DNA of 64,000 nucleotides from a virus. Taxonomy: Duplodnaviria > Heunggongvirae > Uroviricota > Caudoviricetes. Position numbers and translations under genes: made by a program. The stretch is from positions 197,404 to 261,403 of the IMG/VR virus record IMGVR_UViG_3300001199_000001. One strand, 5' to 3'. Shown one piece after another: positions 24,622 to 34,778 of this stretch. The first letter of the stretch is position 1; the number at the start of each line of letters is the position of its first letter. The notes beneath the pieces are model-generated. The model made no database searches, had not been told where the DNA came from, and saw only the letters and a program-made list of their open reading frames with translations.

Positions 24622-25062
24622 TCATTCGCCGAACTTCTTCTGGAGGCGAAGGTACTCGGCATATTCCGGGTCTTCCTCCCGCTCGACTTGCTCAGCGAAG
24701 GTTCCCCAATCCGGCGGCAAAGTCCGGGTCATTCCGTAGCGGTAGTAGTTCACCTGATCTTCGAGTTTGCTGGCGCCGCCGTCGTCCATACGCCCGCCGT
24801 AACCGGCGTCTTCTCGGACCTTGCGCGCCTCGGCGAGAACAGCGGCGATGACCTTTTCGATATCCATAGGTTTAGGCTTCTCCACTTTATCGCCGGGGCG
24901 TGACACCAGTGTAAGTTCGCTTTCGGCGACGTGAAATCCGTTGCCGCCAGCAAAGATGACAAAAACCTGGGGGTCTTCGAGCGGATATTGTTTCACATCG
25001 CGGACAACGCCTTCGCCAAACCCTAGGCAGCGCACGATGTCGCAGGCACGGAACTTAGCCAC
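24622..25062 (-). CDS. Hypothetical protein
   Basis: Tiled ORF; C-terminal DPEYAEYLRLQKKFG. Confidence 0.7.
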   Translation of the reverse strand: MAKFRACDIVRCLGFGEGVVRDVKQYPLEDPQVFVIFAGGNGFHVAESELTLVSRPGDKVEKPKPMDIEKVIAAVLAEARKVREDAGYGGRMDDGGASKLEDQVNYYRYGMTRTLPPDWGTFAEQVEREEDPEYAEYLRLQKKFGE

Positions 25063-25064
25063 GT

Positions 25065-25310
25065 CTAGAACTCCGTGTAGGCGCGGACGGCTTCCGGCTG
25101 GAAGACCTCTCGCAGGGTAACGCCACCGACGCGAACGACGCCGACGCCGTCGCTGCTGACAGCATAGCCGGTACCGAGATCGGCATGTTCGCCGACGCGC
25201 TGAAAAGCGGCTTTGCGCAGGCCTTTCAACGAGGCGTAGCGGGTCGTCTTCTGATACCCGTCAACCGACGAATAATAGAGAACGAAGGGTTTTGCTGCTG
25301 ATTTGCTCAT
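25065..25310 (-). CDS. Hypothetical protein
   Basis: ATG 25310 coupled (TAATG). Confidence 0.65.
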   Translation of the reverse strand: MSKSAAKPFVLYYSSVDGYQKTTRYASLKGLRKAAFQRVGEHADLGTGYAVSSDGVGVVRVGGVTLREVFQPEAVRAYTEF

Positions 25311-25714
25311 TACGATGCCCCCTTGGCGTATTTCGTCGCCCACTTGGCGCACTTGCGTTCTTGAATTGCGACCAGTTCCGCCTCCGTGATATTCGGGTTG
25401 ATCTGGTAGACCAGATCGATCAGGCAGTTGATCACGTCCATGGCTTCGCCAATGACGCCGTCTTCGCCGGACCTCAGTCCCGTAGCCTTCAAAGTGATTT
25501 CCAGATCGAGTTCCGCCATCTCACCTTCGGCATGCTTGAACGTGGAGCGCACGGTGCGTCCATTATCGATCTGCCGTGAATATTTGAGGATGGTTTCGAC
25601 CATCGTGGGTTGACCAGAAGCGACGGCAGCGTTGTATCCCTGCGCCCATCCTTCCGCTTCCTGATCGTTGAACCAAATCGGCGCGTCGTCGATGGTCTTT
25701 GGCTCGATAGTCAC
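25310..25714 (-). CDS. MazG-like all-alpha NTP pyrophosphatase-like protein
   Basis: KHAEGEMAEL..E ... GEAMDVI..LIDL ... KCAKW. Confidence 0.6.
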   Translation of the reverse strand: MTIEPKTIDDAPIWFNDQEAEGWAQGYNAAVASGQPTMVETILKYSRQIDNGRTVRSTFKHAEGEMAELDLEITLKATGLRSGEDGVIGEAMDVINCLIDLVYQINPNITEAELVAIQERKCAKWATKYAKGAS

Positions 25715-25785
25715 CGTGATTTCCTCCTTGTCGTCACAGTCAGCATATTAGCCGGACCGACTCGGATTGTCAACAGCTTTTATTC

Positions 25786-25986
25786 TCAGATGTAATGGTC
25801 GCCGCCGCTCAACGCCGGTCTGACGATGTACCCATGTTGGCCGGAGTCGTTGGTGGCCTCCTCAACGATATAGCGAACGTCCCTGGTGCTCAAAGCGCGG
25901 GCTTTGGCGCGGGCGTCGTGCACCGCATCGATCTCCTCGCCTATGGTCGAGCACGGGAAGAACAGGGGATCGGTTTGTTCAGTCAT
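25786..25986 (-). CDS. Hypothetical protein
   Basis: Tiled ORF. Confidence 0.55.
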   Translation of the reverse strand: MTEQTDPLFFPCSTIGEEIDAVHDARAKARALSTRDVRYIVEEATNDSGQHGYIVRPALSGGDHYI

Positions 25987-26668
25987 CTTGTTGTCCTTCC
26001 GGGGTGATCATGTCTTGCACCCATTGCGGAAGCAGGGCGATGCGGGCGGCGTTGAGGGCGACATAATCGTACGCGGCGTCCTCGGTATCACCGTGGTTCA
26101 GTAGCCACAGGAACGGGCGCTTCCTCCACTTAGGTAGAAAGGAGCCGTGCTTCTCCAGCGATTCCATCTTGAAGCGAAGCGCCTCGCGGGCGTCGTGGTC
26201 GCCGCAATAACAGATCAATTCGTTGTCAGGTCCGACCAGCCAGCTACCCGAACTCGTGTACCGATAATAGTCGTCTGTCGCCGGGACCCAGTTGTAATAG
26301 ACCTTACCGCCGTTGATACCCGGCTCTTCCTCGTGCTCCCAGGTGAAGGTATCGACGCTGAGGAGCAGCCCGTCTCGCCGGGCATAAATGAACTGTTTCT
26401 CCGGTTTCGCCCGCTTTTGAAAACTGAGTTCAAGGACCGGCTCAAAGCCCATCTCGCCGACGATCCGCTGATAGCGCTCGATGGTGTTATCCATGAGGGT
26501 GTCGTCGCGCTCGATCAACGCTGCTTCCTTGATCGACATATTATCGCGCATCAGCAACCATCCAGCCGCCGTCACCGCGTCGTAGTTCTCACCACCAAGG
26601 ATATCTTCAGCCGCAGCTAGGCCATCGAAATCAAGCAGCCGCTTCAGGCGAGCGTCAGAAACCGTCAT
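25979..26668 (-). CDS. Hypothetical protein
   Basis: 229-aa tiled ORF, RBS GGAGG. Confidence 0.75.
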   Translation of the reverse strand: MTVSDARLKRLLDFDGLAAAEDILGGENYDAVTAAGWLLMRDNMSIKEAALIERDDTLMDNTIERYQRIVGEMGFEPVLELSFQKRAKPEKQFIYARRDGLLLSVDTFTWEHEEEPGINGGKVYYNWVPATDDYYRYTSSGSWLVGPDNELICYCGDHDAREALRFKMESLEKHGSFLPKWRKRPFLWLLNHGDTEDAAYDYVALNAARIALLPQWVQDMITPEGQQDD

Positions 26669-27034
26669 TAATCCTCCGTCACGCGGATGGTGTCGCCATC
26701 GCTGAAAAGCCGATATCGTCGATCAGATCGAGCAAGGCCCGCTTCACCGCGAGGGTGTCGTCATCCTCCGGCGCCACGGTGACGACCTTGGTGTCCAGAA
26801 CACCGCTGCTGCCTGACAGGGTCAGGTGAAAAACACGATCTCGCATGGACATAGGCTAGCCTTTCTTTCTGGCTGTGTCAGCATCTTTGACAGGGGTTGT
26901 CACGATTTCGATCAACACCCCGCCTGTCGCGGTCTTGCCGCGAAACACGACGGTCGCGCCGAGCAGGTGCAGATCGGCGGCGAAGTTCTTCAAGGCGAGG
27001 TCGATCTCTTCGGAGCGGCTGAACTTTTTTCCCA

Positions 27035-27307
27035 TCAGGATTCGGCCTCGGTGTGAAGCGCTTCATGCAATTCAGCGATGTGCGCGGCAACCAGGGCGTC
27101 GAGTTGTTCTGACGTGAATTCAAAAGGCAACGGCTCGGTCACCCATTGGCCGTTCTTGCGGACGGCTTGGCCGAGCACCTTGATATCAACGTCCTCGAAC
27201 CAATCGCCAATGAGCCCGACATCCGGCTCGGCTGGTTGCAGGACGCCTGAGACCTCGACATCGATCTCAAGCGTGATGGTGGTCTTGGTGGTGGTTGTTC
27301 GGGTCAT
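27035..27307 (-). CDS. Hypothetical protein
   Basis: Coupled ORF. Confidence 0.6.
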   Translation of the reverse strand: MTRTTTTKTTITLEIDVEVSGVLQPAEPDVGLIGDWFEDVDIKVLGQAVRKNGQWVTEPLPFEFTSEQLDALVAAHIAELHEALHTEAES

Positions 27308-27648
27308 CAGTATTCGTTCCTGAAATTTTCGTACTGCTCCATGCGAGCGATCTCGTAGCGGTTCTCTTCGAGGTAGTCGCTGTAGTCGTCCTCGAAGAAC
27401 TCACGGACGCCTTCGATCCATTCCTCGGCTTCGTCAGCCTCTTCGAACTGACCAGCCTTTTCGATTTTGTTGTCGGGCCGGGCCGAGCCATCGGACTCGC
27501 GGTCATAACGGACCCACACTTCGTAGACGAAGTCGCCGGTCTCGGACAGATTGTCGAACTCGTCAGCCTCGGTGACGGCGACCGCTTTGACGTAATAGTT
27601 CTCGGTGGGGTTCTTGAACTCGCCTGCGTAGGTGTAGCGGGACATCAC
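27307..27648 (-). CDS. Acidic hypothetical protein
   Basis: RBS AAGGAGG, own promoter. Confidence 0.7.
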   Translation of the reverse strand: MMSRYTYAGEFKNPTENYYVKAVAVTEADEFDNLSETGDFVYEVWVRYDRESDGSARPDNKIEKAGQFEEADEAEEWIEGVREFFEDDYSDYLEENRYEIARMEQYENFRNEY

Positions 27649-27923
27649 GACCTCCTTGATTGAGGCTGTAGATTACCCGGCTATTTGAGTGATGTCAACA
27701 CCTAATTATCAGATTGATAGGCCTCGACCTGGGACCGGTGGACGAAGACCGTACGGGTCTCATCGATCTCCAGCAGGCAGGAATCGCCATCGACCGCCGT
27801 GACCTCGCCCATGAAGAGGAACAGCGGGTGATCGGACTGGGTGATGATCAGTTTGTCGCCAAGTTCCATCCTAAGCGCTCTCCCTCGCTAACCCATTCGG
27901 GCTTACAATGATCATCAAAACTA

Positions 27924-28502
27924 TCATGGGTGATCGATTTTAGAACGTCTCATTCTTTCAGCAGTCTCGCGAAAAGGTGCAAAAAGTTCATCGACGCAGT
28001 GAGGGCAACCAAGCCCTTGTTCTAGCCTCCTATTCACAGACTCAGAATATATATGCCCCTGAGTACAACGCCATTCGAGACGTATTCTAAATAGATTTGC
28101 ATTTCTTGTTGTCAATTCACGGGCTAGTTGCGAATTTTCCCTAATCCACCATGGGCATGAGGGACAGTTTCTGTCTTTGTAAGTACGGTTATAGACGGTC
28201 AATTCGTAAGTGTGTCCCAGTAGGCAGACCCACCTAATAGACTCGAATGAGTGTAGAAACGCTTTAGAAAATTGGATTTCATTATCCGGATGCCATTCCT
28301 CAAATAAATCCGGACGAGCATCTTTCAAAAGCGGGGCGGTTCCATCCTCTTCTGCACGAATAATCCTATCTATTTCAGATATGCGCTGGTCGTACACCGG
28401 GTCAGTAGGGAATAGCCTAAGGTGCGGAAATAAATCGCGGTTTCTCCGCTGATACCGCTTCGACGGTACTCCTCTTTTTTCCAGTTTTTTGCTGTAACTC
28501 AT
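27924..28502 (-). CDS. Treble-clef zinc-ribbon repeat protein (DUF4379-like)
   Basis: PDLFEEWHPDN, WVCLLGHTY...R....NCPSC, WRCTQGH...CPHC; AT-rich. Confidence 0.7.
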   Translation of the reverse strand: MSYSKKLEKRGVPSKRYQRRNRDLFPHLRLFPTDPVYDQRISEIDRIIRAEEDGTAPLLKDARPDLFEEWHPDNEIQFSKAFLHSFESIRWVCLLGHTYELTVYNRTYKDRNCPSCPWWIRENSQLARELTTRNANLFRIRLEWRCTQGHIYSESVNRRLEQGLGCPHCVDELFAPFRETAERMRRSKIDHP

Positions 28503-28559
28503 GTCTTAAAAGTAAGTCAGCCAAGACACAAATGATGTTTTGGCTGACTTAATTTCCTA

Positions 28560-29348
28560 CTAAATGGTGGCGGCGACGCAAGTCAGAATCTTCTTCTGAT
28601 CCTCGGCGTTCACTTTACACAGCGAGCCGTCTACAACGATGTAGAGGTACCCACTCTCCGGTGTCGCTATTACTTCTGCACGCCCGGCGAGATAACCAAG
28701 CGCCTTACCAGTCCGCGCGTCTTCAGCTTTTCGGTTCTCATCCACGACGTAATCGTCATAGGTCGCAAAACCCTTCGAGACCGCCAAGACCTCGCGTTGT
28801 TTCCGTTCGTGTTCTCGTAGGATTTGGGTGTTAGCCTCTTCCTGTTGGCGCTGTAACTGACGTTCGGCGCCCTTGCGGTACATGTGCGCCATGCCTAGGC
28901 CCTTGATGCCCTCACTACGCTCGATGACACCTAGAACGTCGGTCAGGGTAGGCGCAATCGGTGAAGTATAGGTATGGATAAGCTGATCCAGCGCCTGACA
29001 CATCTGTGCTTTGACGTTGCCGAACATCATGTCGATGTTCTCGCGGGTTGAGGGCTCGACCTTGGATAAGGCGTAGTTGAAGAGCTTAGCGCCGAAGATA
29101 TTCCCTTTCGCCTGCCCGACCTCGGCGGAATAGGTCTGATTTAGGCCGGGGGCGTCCATGGCATTGCGATTGATCAGGAAGAGGATGGCGACGATTTGCT
29201 CGGCATGGAGCGTGACATCCTTAATCCCCTTACTCAGGCCGTTCGCGGCTTCACGGAATTGTCCGTGAAGGGCGGTAATAAGACTAGCCATTTCGGGGTT
29301 GTTTGAGCCGGTGAAGCTCGGGGGTGGCGCATAAGCGACAGCGTTCAT
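28560..29348 (-). CDS. Hypothetical protein
   Basis: 262-aa ORF, RBS GAGG. Confidence 0.7.
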   Translation of the reverse strand: MNAVAYAPPPSFTGSNNPEMASLITALHGQFREAANGLSKGIKDVTLHAEQIVAILFLINRNAMDAPGLNQTYSAEVGQAKGNIFGAKLFNYALSKVEPSTRENIDMMFGNVKAQMCQALDQLIHTYTSPIAPTLTDVLGVIERSEGIKGLGMAHMYRKGAERQLQRQQEEANTQILREHERKQREVLAVSKGFATYDDYVVDENRKAEDARTGKALGYLAGRAEVIATPESGYLYIVVDGSLCKVNAEDQKKILTCVAATI

Positions 29349-29459
29349 TTCTGTACCTCGGCCAAGGATTCAGCACCTCCCTTCCACAATAGAGGGGATA
29401 TGTGTTCATTCCTATTGGCAACACATTGGTACCGATTCGTTAGAGGGCTGTCAACTGCT

Positions 29460-30275
29460 TCAAAGAATCTCGCAGACATAGGCGCGGAAAGGATCGAACA
29501 AACGCTCCACGCACTTCGGACAATGCAAACCCTTCCGTTCACGTTTAAATCGTGTCTGTTTAAAACTATGTCCGTCGCCACAGCGCCATTCAAGTGGCGT
29601 GTGGTATGCATTTACACCCAGTCCCCCTACTTCAACGTTCTCTGCTAGTTCCGAGATGAGGTGTGGAGCTTCTGCGGCCCAGGTCGGACACCTTGGACAG
29701 GTATATCTCTGATATGCTTTTTGGAGCACCGATGCAGTGTAAGTGTGGCCCTCCGGACAAACCCACTTATACCGCTCGGTCGACCCAGAATTTACCTCCT
29801 GAAGTTTTAGGGGATTATCGGGATGCCATTCACTGACGAGATGAGGGTAACGGACTGCGGTGTTTTCGCGGGCGGCAGCTTTGCATGGACGGCACCCACC
29901 GCCCCTATCCTGACTCTGGTAAACGCCGTGTAATTGGCATCTATGGGTCAAATGAGGCCAAGTTTTAGGCAGCGGATAACGCTCTGGACTAGAGGAAATC
30001 AACTCGACCGAAGAACCTGATCGCAGGTAGTGACCACCCTTGGGGTCAAGAGATTCGATAACCATGTCAATATAGGCGTAGAGAAACATGCTGGTTTGTG
30101 GTAATAGCTCGATCACGCGCCCTGTTGTTACCGTCTCGTTTTCATCCCGAAAACGCACGACATCACGTTGGTGAAATTCACAAAGAGTCTCACGTTTGTC
30201 CGGGTCCCATATTCCACTAGACTCGTATGTTCTAGTGCCAGCGTAGCGTAAGTTGATCGTGACTAGCCGTGTCAC
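29460..30275 (-). CDS. Treble-clef zinc-ribbon repeat protein (DUF4379-like)
   Basis: YPHLVSEWHPDN, WVCPEGHTY...CPRC, WRCGDGH...CPKC; paralog of 27924-28502. Confidence 0.7.
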   Translation of the reverse strand: MTRLVTINLRYAGTRTYESSGIWDPDKRETLCEFHQRDVVRFRDENETVTTGRVIELLPQTSMFLYAYIDMVIESLDPKGGHYLRSGSSVELISSSPERYPLPKTWPHLTHRCQLHGVYQSQDRGGGCRPCKAAARENTAVRYPHLVSEWHPDNPLKLQEVNSGSTERYKWVCPEGHTYTASVLQKAYQRYTCPRCPTWAAEAPHLISELAENVEVGGLGVNAYHTPLEWRCGDGHSFKQTRFKRERKGLHCPKCVERLFDPFRAYVCEIL

Positions 30276-30496
30276 AGGTCGTGCAGCGTCAAAGTGAACG
30301 AGCCATCGCCGTTGTCGTGCCAGTTGACCGACTTGGTCTCGGCGTCGAACTCGTGGGCGATCTCAAACGGGATGTACACGGCAGGGGCTCTGTCGTGTTC
30401 TACGATCCGCATGCTGTAGTCGGGGCCTTGGCGCATTATCTGTCCTCAAGTGTGGGGACAAAGATAACCGACTAGGCGTCAGTTGTCAACGCTTTG

Positions 30497-31345
30497 TTAC
30501 TGGTCTACCCCTCGACTGGCCTTCGCCGCCGCATCATACCGTTCCTTGTTCGCCCAGTAGAACGGTGCGAATAGCTCAGCCTCACGACGGAAGGGGATGT
30601 AGTCAAGCTCATCCTTGGATGCTTCCGCGACCAACCATTCGCTGTGGGCGTCTATCGCCGCCTGCCGGTCGCTCGCCGCCGCGATCTGGAACTCCAGCAT
30701 ATGGCGTTCGATCTCAGGATAGCGCTCCGACCACGTCAACGAATAGACCGCGTTCTGCTCGGCGAATCGCCTGATCCACTGTTCGGTGAAATCGAGTAGG
30801 TGTTCGGGCTTGCTGACCATCACGTCACGGCGCATCGCCCGGATGGTCTCGACTGCTACAGGCCGATTGACCTTCCAGAGCGCCTGCATCGTCGGGTCGT
30901 GCAGGAACCGGTCGGCATAGATCGGGTGTTGGAAAGACTGAGCGCGCAACTCGGGCATTTCGAAATACACCTGAATTTCCGACAGGACGCTCGCTTCCAA
31001 CTCGTTGCGCTGCATCTTCTCATCGAAAGCGGCTTTACCGATGTTGGGGATGTAGGGCATGTGCGCCGCGTGGTAGAATTCGTGCAGCAGATAAAGATCG
31101 TGGATGAAGGGATTGGTGTAGTCATCCCGCAAGGCAATCGCCCCCCACCACGTCGAGAAGTGTGCGCGCTCTAGGTAGTCGTGTGACGGCGTATAGAACA
31201 GGCGTGGCAACCAAGTGAATTGCTCGACCACCTTGCCGATGAAACCGCCTGCCGTGTGGGAGAGACGGAATTCATCCGTTTTCCACAGACTGTAAACGAA
31301 CGAATCTATCGCGTCGGCTGAGGTATAGGTACGGATATTATGCAT
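30497..31345 (-). CDS. Hypothetical protein with HExxH motif
   Basis: LLHEFYHAAH; overlaps stop of PLP-enzyme gene. Confidence 0.75.
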   Translation of the reverse strand: MHNIRTYTSADAIDSFVYSLWKTDEFRLSHTAGGFIGKVVEQFTWLPRLFYTPSHDYLERAHFSTWWGAIALRDDYTNPFIHDLYLLHEFYHAAHMPYIPNIGKAAFDEKMQRNELEASVLSEIQVYFEMPELRAQSFQHPIYADRFLHDPTMQALWKVNRPVAVETIRAMRRDVMVSKPEHLLDFTEQWIRRFAEQNAVYSLTWSERYPEIERHMLEFQIAAASDRQAAIDAHSEWLVAEASKDELDYIPFRREAELFAPFYWANKERYDAAAKASRGVDQ

Positions 31346-32375
31346 CAGCAAATCCCACACGTTGAGCCATGCCGGGCGTCAAGCAAAAACGAAGTTGCCC
31401 GGACTCAGCAGGCCGCCGAAGATAGGTGTCCAGGGCGGCATCGTTGCAGCCGGGCGCCGTCGCCAAGATATATACATCTGATGGATGTAAGGTGATGCCG
31501 AGTGTCCGCCCAACGCGCTGTGCATGCTGGCGTTGCGTGCTCTGATATTGGCTGGCCATGTAGAACACGCTCATGTCTTCCATCAAGGCCGTGCCGAGTT
31601 GCAGCGAGGTCAAGTTCTTGAACCATTTGTTACCAAACAGTCCAAGGTCTTCGGTACGACTGAACAGACCACCGATACGGTCGTAGTAAGCTCCAAAGGG
31701 TTTGGACAGGCTGAAGACGACATTGCGGATGCAGCCTACGGTCGCATTAATCTTGCCGACGGAGCCTGTTGAGGCGGTCGCGCCGACATAGGTCAAGTCC
31801 AGCACAACACTGGGGTAGCCGGTCGCCGCTGTGACTTGCTCCAGAAAATCGTTGCAGTCTCCCCAGATGTTGCCGTCGATAGCGGACGGTTGACTGAGGA
31901 AGAACAACCCCCCTTGCCGGGCCAAAACACTCGGAACATCACGCCATTGCTCACGCGGATGCTCTAAGACAAGCAGCCCCGCCGCTTCGGCGTAGGCTCT
32001 ATAACCTTCGTACTCGCCTGCAAAAACGTGGACGATCTTCGGTCCCGCCTTTTTCGTGGCGTAGTCGAAAATGATTTGTCGCAGGCCTTCGCTGGCGCCC
32101 GCCGTCGGATATTGAAACGGAAACCGATCTGGGTCGAAATCCACCATGTGAGACGACCACTTTATCCACGTCTTGAAGAAGCTGGTGTGCGCTGCGTCCT
32201 GCTTACCCGTCCACGCCTCATGGAACTGCGCGAAGTAAGCGGGAGACTGGAACAGAGAGCGCTTGATATCCTCGACGTAAGGATTGGTCAGGGCATAGAC
32301 CGTCTTCGATGCTCCAACCGAGAGGAGGAGGGCGTTGAGATCAACGTTGGGATTATATTGGGTCGCAGTCGACAC
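31338..32375 (-). CDS. PLP-dependent aminotransferase/decarboxylase-like protein (fold type I)
   Basis: TAGASEG, LSQPSAIDG, VLDLTY, FSLSKPFG...RIG, terminal R motif. Confidence 0.75.
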   Translation of the reverse strand: MSTATQYNPNVDLNALLLSVGASKTVYALTNPYVEDIKRSLFQSPAYFAQFHEAWTGKQDAAHTSFFKTWIKWSSHMVDFDPDRFPFQYPTAGASEGLRQIIFDYATKKAGPKIVHVFAGEYEGYRAYAEAAGLLVLEHPREQWRDVPSVLARQGGLFFLSQPSAIDGNIWGDCNDFLEQVTAATGYPSVVLDLTYVGATASTGSVGKINATVGCIRNVVFSLSKPFGAYYDRIGGLFSRTEDLGLFGNKWFKNLTSLQLGTALMEDMSVFYMASQYQSTQRQHAQRVGRTLGITLHPSDVYILATAPGCNDAALDTYLRRPAESGQLRFCLTPGMAQRVGFADA

Positions 32376-32442
32376 GCGCTCTCCGTCGAGATGGATTTCA
32401 ACAAGACTGGTATTATAGAGGCGTTGGTTTATATGTCAACAG

Positions 32443-32634
32443 CTATAAAAGCTTTCTCGCCAGCCTGAACACCACGCCGAACAGAAGGAAGCTCAACGCC
32501 GCGAGATAGTGCCAGACCGCCGAAGGCTGGTGGGCGACGACGAGCAGCAAGGTCGTCAGCACGGCGATGAAACCAGCAGCGCCGATGTTGACGGCCGACA
32601 TGACCGCAAGAAGTATATCAAGGAAGCGGTTCAT
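32443..32634 (-). CDS. Small membrane protein
   Basis: Two TM segments. Confidence 0.65.
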   Translation of the reverse strand: MNRFLDILLAVMSAVNIGAAGFIAVLTTLLLVVAHQPSAVWHYLAALSFLLFGVVFRLARKLL

Positions 32635-33308
32635 AAATTGTCCCTCAACACCTTCATCACCTTATCCAAGATCGATTGACCCAGAGGGTCGTTAGCGAAC
32701 GCAAAGCGCTCAGCGAGATATTCCAATTCCGGTTTATTGAACGCCGTGTGTCGCTCAGCCGTCCCCGCCGCCCATGCCTCTTTAGCCCGCTGCGCTGCTT
32801 CCTCGTTGCGGATACGGCAACGGTCGGCATAGGTCAGGTCGTTGATATGGGCCTTGGTATATTCCCGGCCAGCTTCGAACTCAAAACCCAGTGATTGCGG
32901 GTCTTTCCCTTCAGCGATCAGACGCTCGCGGATAGCTTGTTTTTCAACAGAAGCTGCGTAGCCGAACTTTAGGTGGATCGGCGTGTCGTCAACAATCTTG
33001 GGGAGCGGCTTGATCTGAAGATAGGCCATCTGCTTGTCGCCGTCTTGCAGGTAGCGCAGCGCCCATAAGGTCTTCGAGTGAAGTCTAGGTCCGATCAGGT
33101 TCGGCAGCGAAGCCGTAACCTTGAAGGGATCGTAGGGAGCCACCCAGTGCCACCGGCCGGGCGTGCGACCATTAAGTCCGAGCCTCGTCACCCGTCGTTC
33201 GGTCCAACCCAAAGCCTTGGCGACTTCTTCGTTCAGCGCCTTGTCGAACCCTTCACAGGTGCGAACGCGCTCGATCAGGTCGTCAAGTTTTTCGGAGGAT
33301 AAATCCAT
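32631..33308 (-). CDS. Hypothetical protein
   Basis: Leaderless: TTGACA-N17-TATCCT-N6-ATG. Confidence 0.7.
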   Translation of the reverse strand: MDLSSEKLDDLIERVRTCEGFDKALNEEVAKALGWTERRVTRLGLNGRTPGRWHWVAPYDPFKVTASLPNLIGPRLHSKTLWALRYLQDGDKQMAYLQIKPLPKIVDDTPIHLKFGYAASVEKQAIRERLIAEGKDPQSLGFEFEAGREYTKAHINDLTYADRCRIRNEEAAQRAKEAWAAGTAERHTAFNKPELEYLAERFAFANDPLGQSILDKVMKVLRDNL

Positions 33309-33910
33309 GGTTAGAGGATATCAATAACCACGGATAATGTCAACAACTTAGATTAAGATTATTCCGTCTCGGCCCGGCGAATGACATCAGGCAGCACTGA
33401 GCATAAAGCATCCAGTGAAGGATGAGCGACAAAGATCGGCTGATCATTCTCGCGCGTGGCGAACCACATCCCGGACGCGCCCTGACTTAGCCGTATGGCG
33501 CTATCACCATCAGACCGAGTACGATCCCCGTCAGGGCCAATCCCACGATCACCAATTCCGCAGCCATTGTCAGAAGATAGTTCATCAGCGTCCTCCATCA
33601 TGAGGACGCATTATCGCGCAGAAGTGTTGATTTTTCGTTAACGTGGACTTGCACCGGCTCTTTAGCGCGGTAGACGAGCCAGTTGACCCGGTCGAAGCGT
33701 TCGAGGGGGGTAAGGTCTGGCTCTATATGGCGGACGTTACGCGCCTCTTTGAAATAGGTCCAGCCGAGGCGGATGTCTTGAAAGAGGTTGGCGAGAGGTT
33801 TTCGCACGTCGTCATTTGTCCAGTGACAGAGGTGAAAAAACTACCTGACATTTACTAGTTTGTCAACAGTTCATTGCCGTGTACACGATATCACAGAGCC
33901 GTCGAGTGAG

Positions 33911-34162
33911 CTAGGCGTATTCCATCGGCGGTGTGGTGATGCGCCTCTTCTCGACAACGAAGCTGCGGGGCTCTACGGCGACCGCAACGAAGCGAGCTTC
34001 TTGGCAGACGTATGGGTGCACAGGACGGATATTGGACTGCCACTTCCCCGTCCGACTATCTAGGAACCGGCAGTCCTTACGGGCGTACTTCTCTCCCGGC
34101 GCGATCATGGTCTTGCAGTTGGCGCACGGCGTCGCCCGTTTCATAACCTTCAGCCTAGCCAT
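33911..34162 (-). CDS. Hypothetical zinc-binding protein
   Basis: CANC...H..C. Confidence 0.55.
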   Translation of the reverse strand: MARLKVMKRATPCANCKTMIAPGEKYARKDCRFLDSRTGKWQSNIRPVHPYVCQEARFVAVAVEPRSFVVEKRRITTPPMEYA

Positions 34163-34455
34163 GGATATCAGTGGCGCTTAGCTTCAGTCACTGACAAGGC
34201 TATGTAATTCAACGCCCTCTTGATCCGCTCGTTGATATCCGGATGAGGCGGGACCCGACTGAGAACGGCGTTGCGTTCATCAGGCCGCATCAAATTCCAC
34301 ACGCTGACCGCATAAGGGGACTGCGGTTGATCGTGGTTGGCGCCGTCGTAATTGAATCGAGTTCCGATCATGGTTCCACCCCGTGTCAGCATCATTAACG
34401 TTGCATGTTGGTCTATCGGAAATGGGTGCGTGTGACAAGGTCCCTGTGGCGCGAC

Positions 34456-34495
34456 AAAAAAGACGCCCCCGCCGCGAATGCAGCGGGGGCGTTTT
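34456..34495. terminator. Intrinsic (possibly bidirectional) terminator
   Basis: AAAAAAGACGCCCCC...GGGGGCGTTTT. Confidence 0.75.
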
Positions 34496-34583
34496 GAAAG
34501 TTTACGGAGCCAGACAAACCGGCTTCTGGTTCGTCGACATGATGTATATATGGAGGCGTTGATCTTATTGCAAGGAATGCGTT

Positions 34584-34769
34584 TTATTCATCCCAAGGAT
34601 CAAACCCCTTATCCGCGAGGAACTTCTTGAGGTCATCGCGGACGGACTCGATGATCCCCTTCATGCCTGCGATGTGGATATCTGGCGGTAGAGGAAGCTG
34701 TGTCGCCGCGACGGCGTTATCCAGCCTGTCGACCATACGGCCAAGAGTCTCGAAGTCGTCGTCGTCCAT
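34584..34769 (-). CDS. Hypothetical protein
   Basis: RBS AGGA; tiled ORF. Confidence 0.6.
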   Translation of the reverse strand: MDDDDFETLGRMVDRLDNAVAATQLPLPPDIHIAGMKGIIESVRDDLKKFLADKGFDPWDE

Positions 34770-34778
34770 GTCGTTGTC

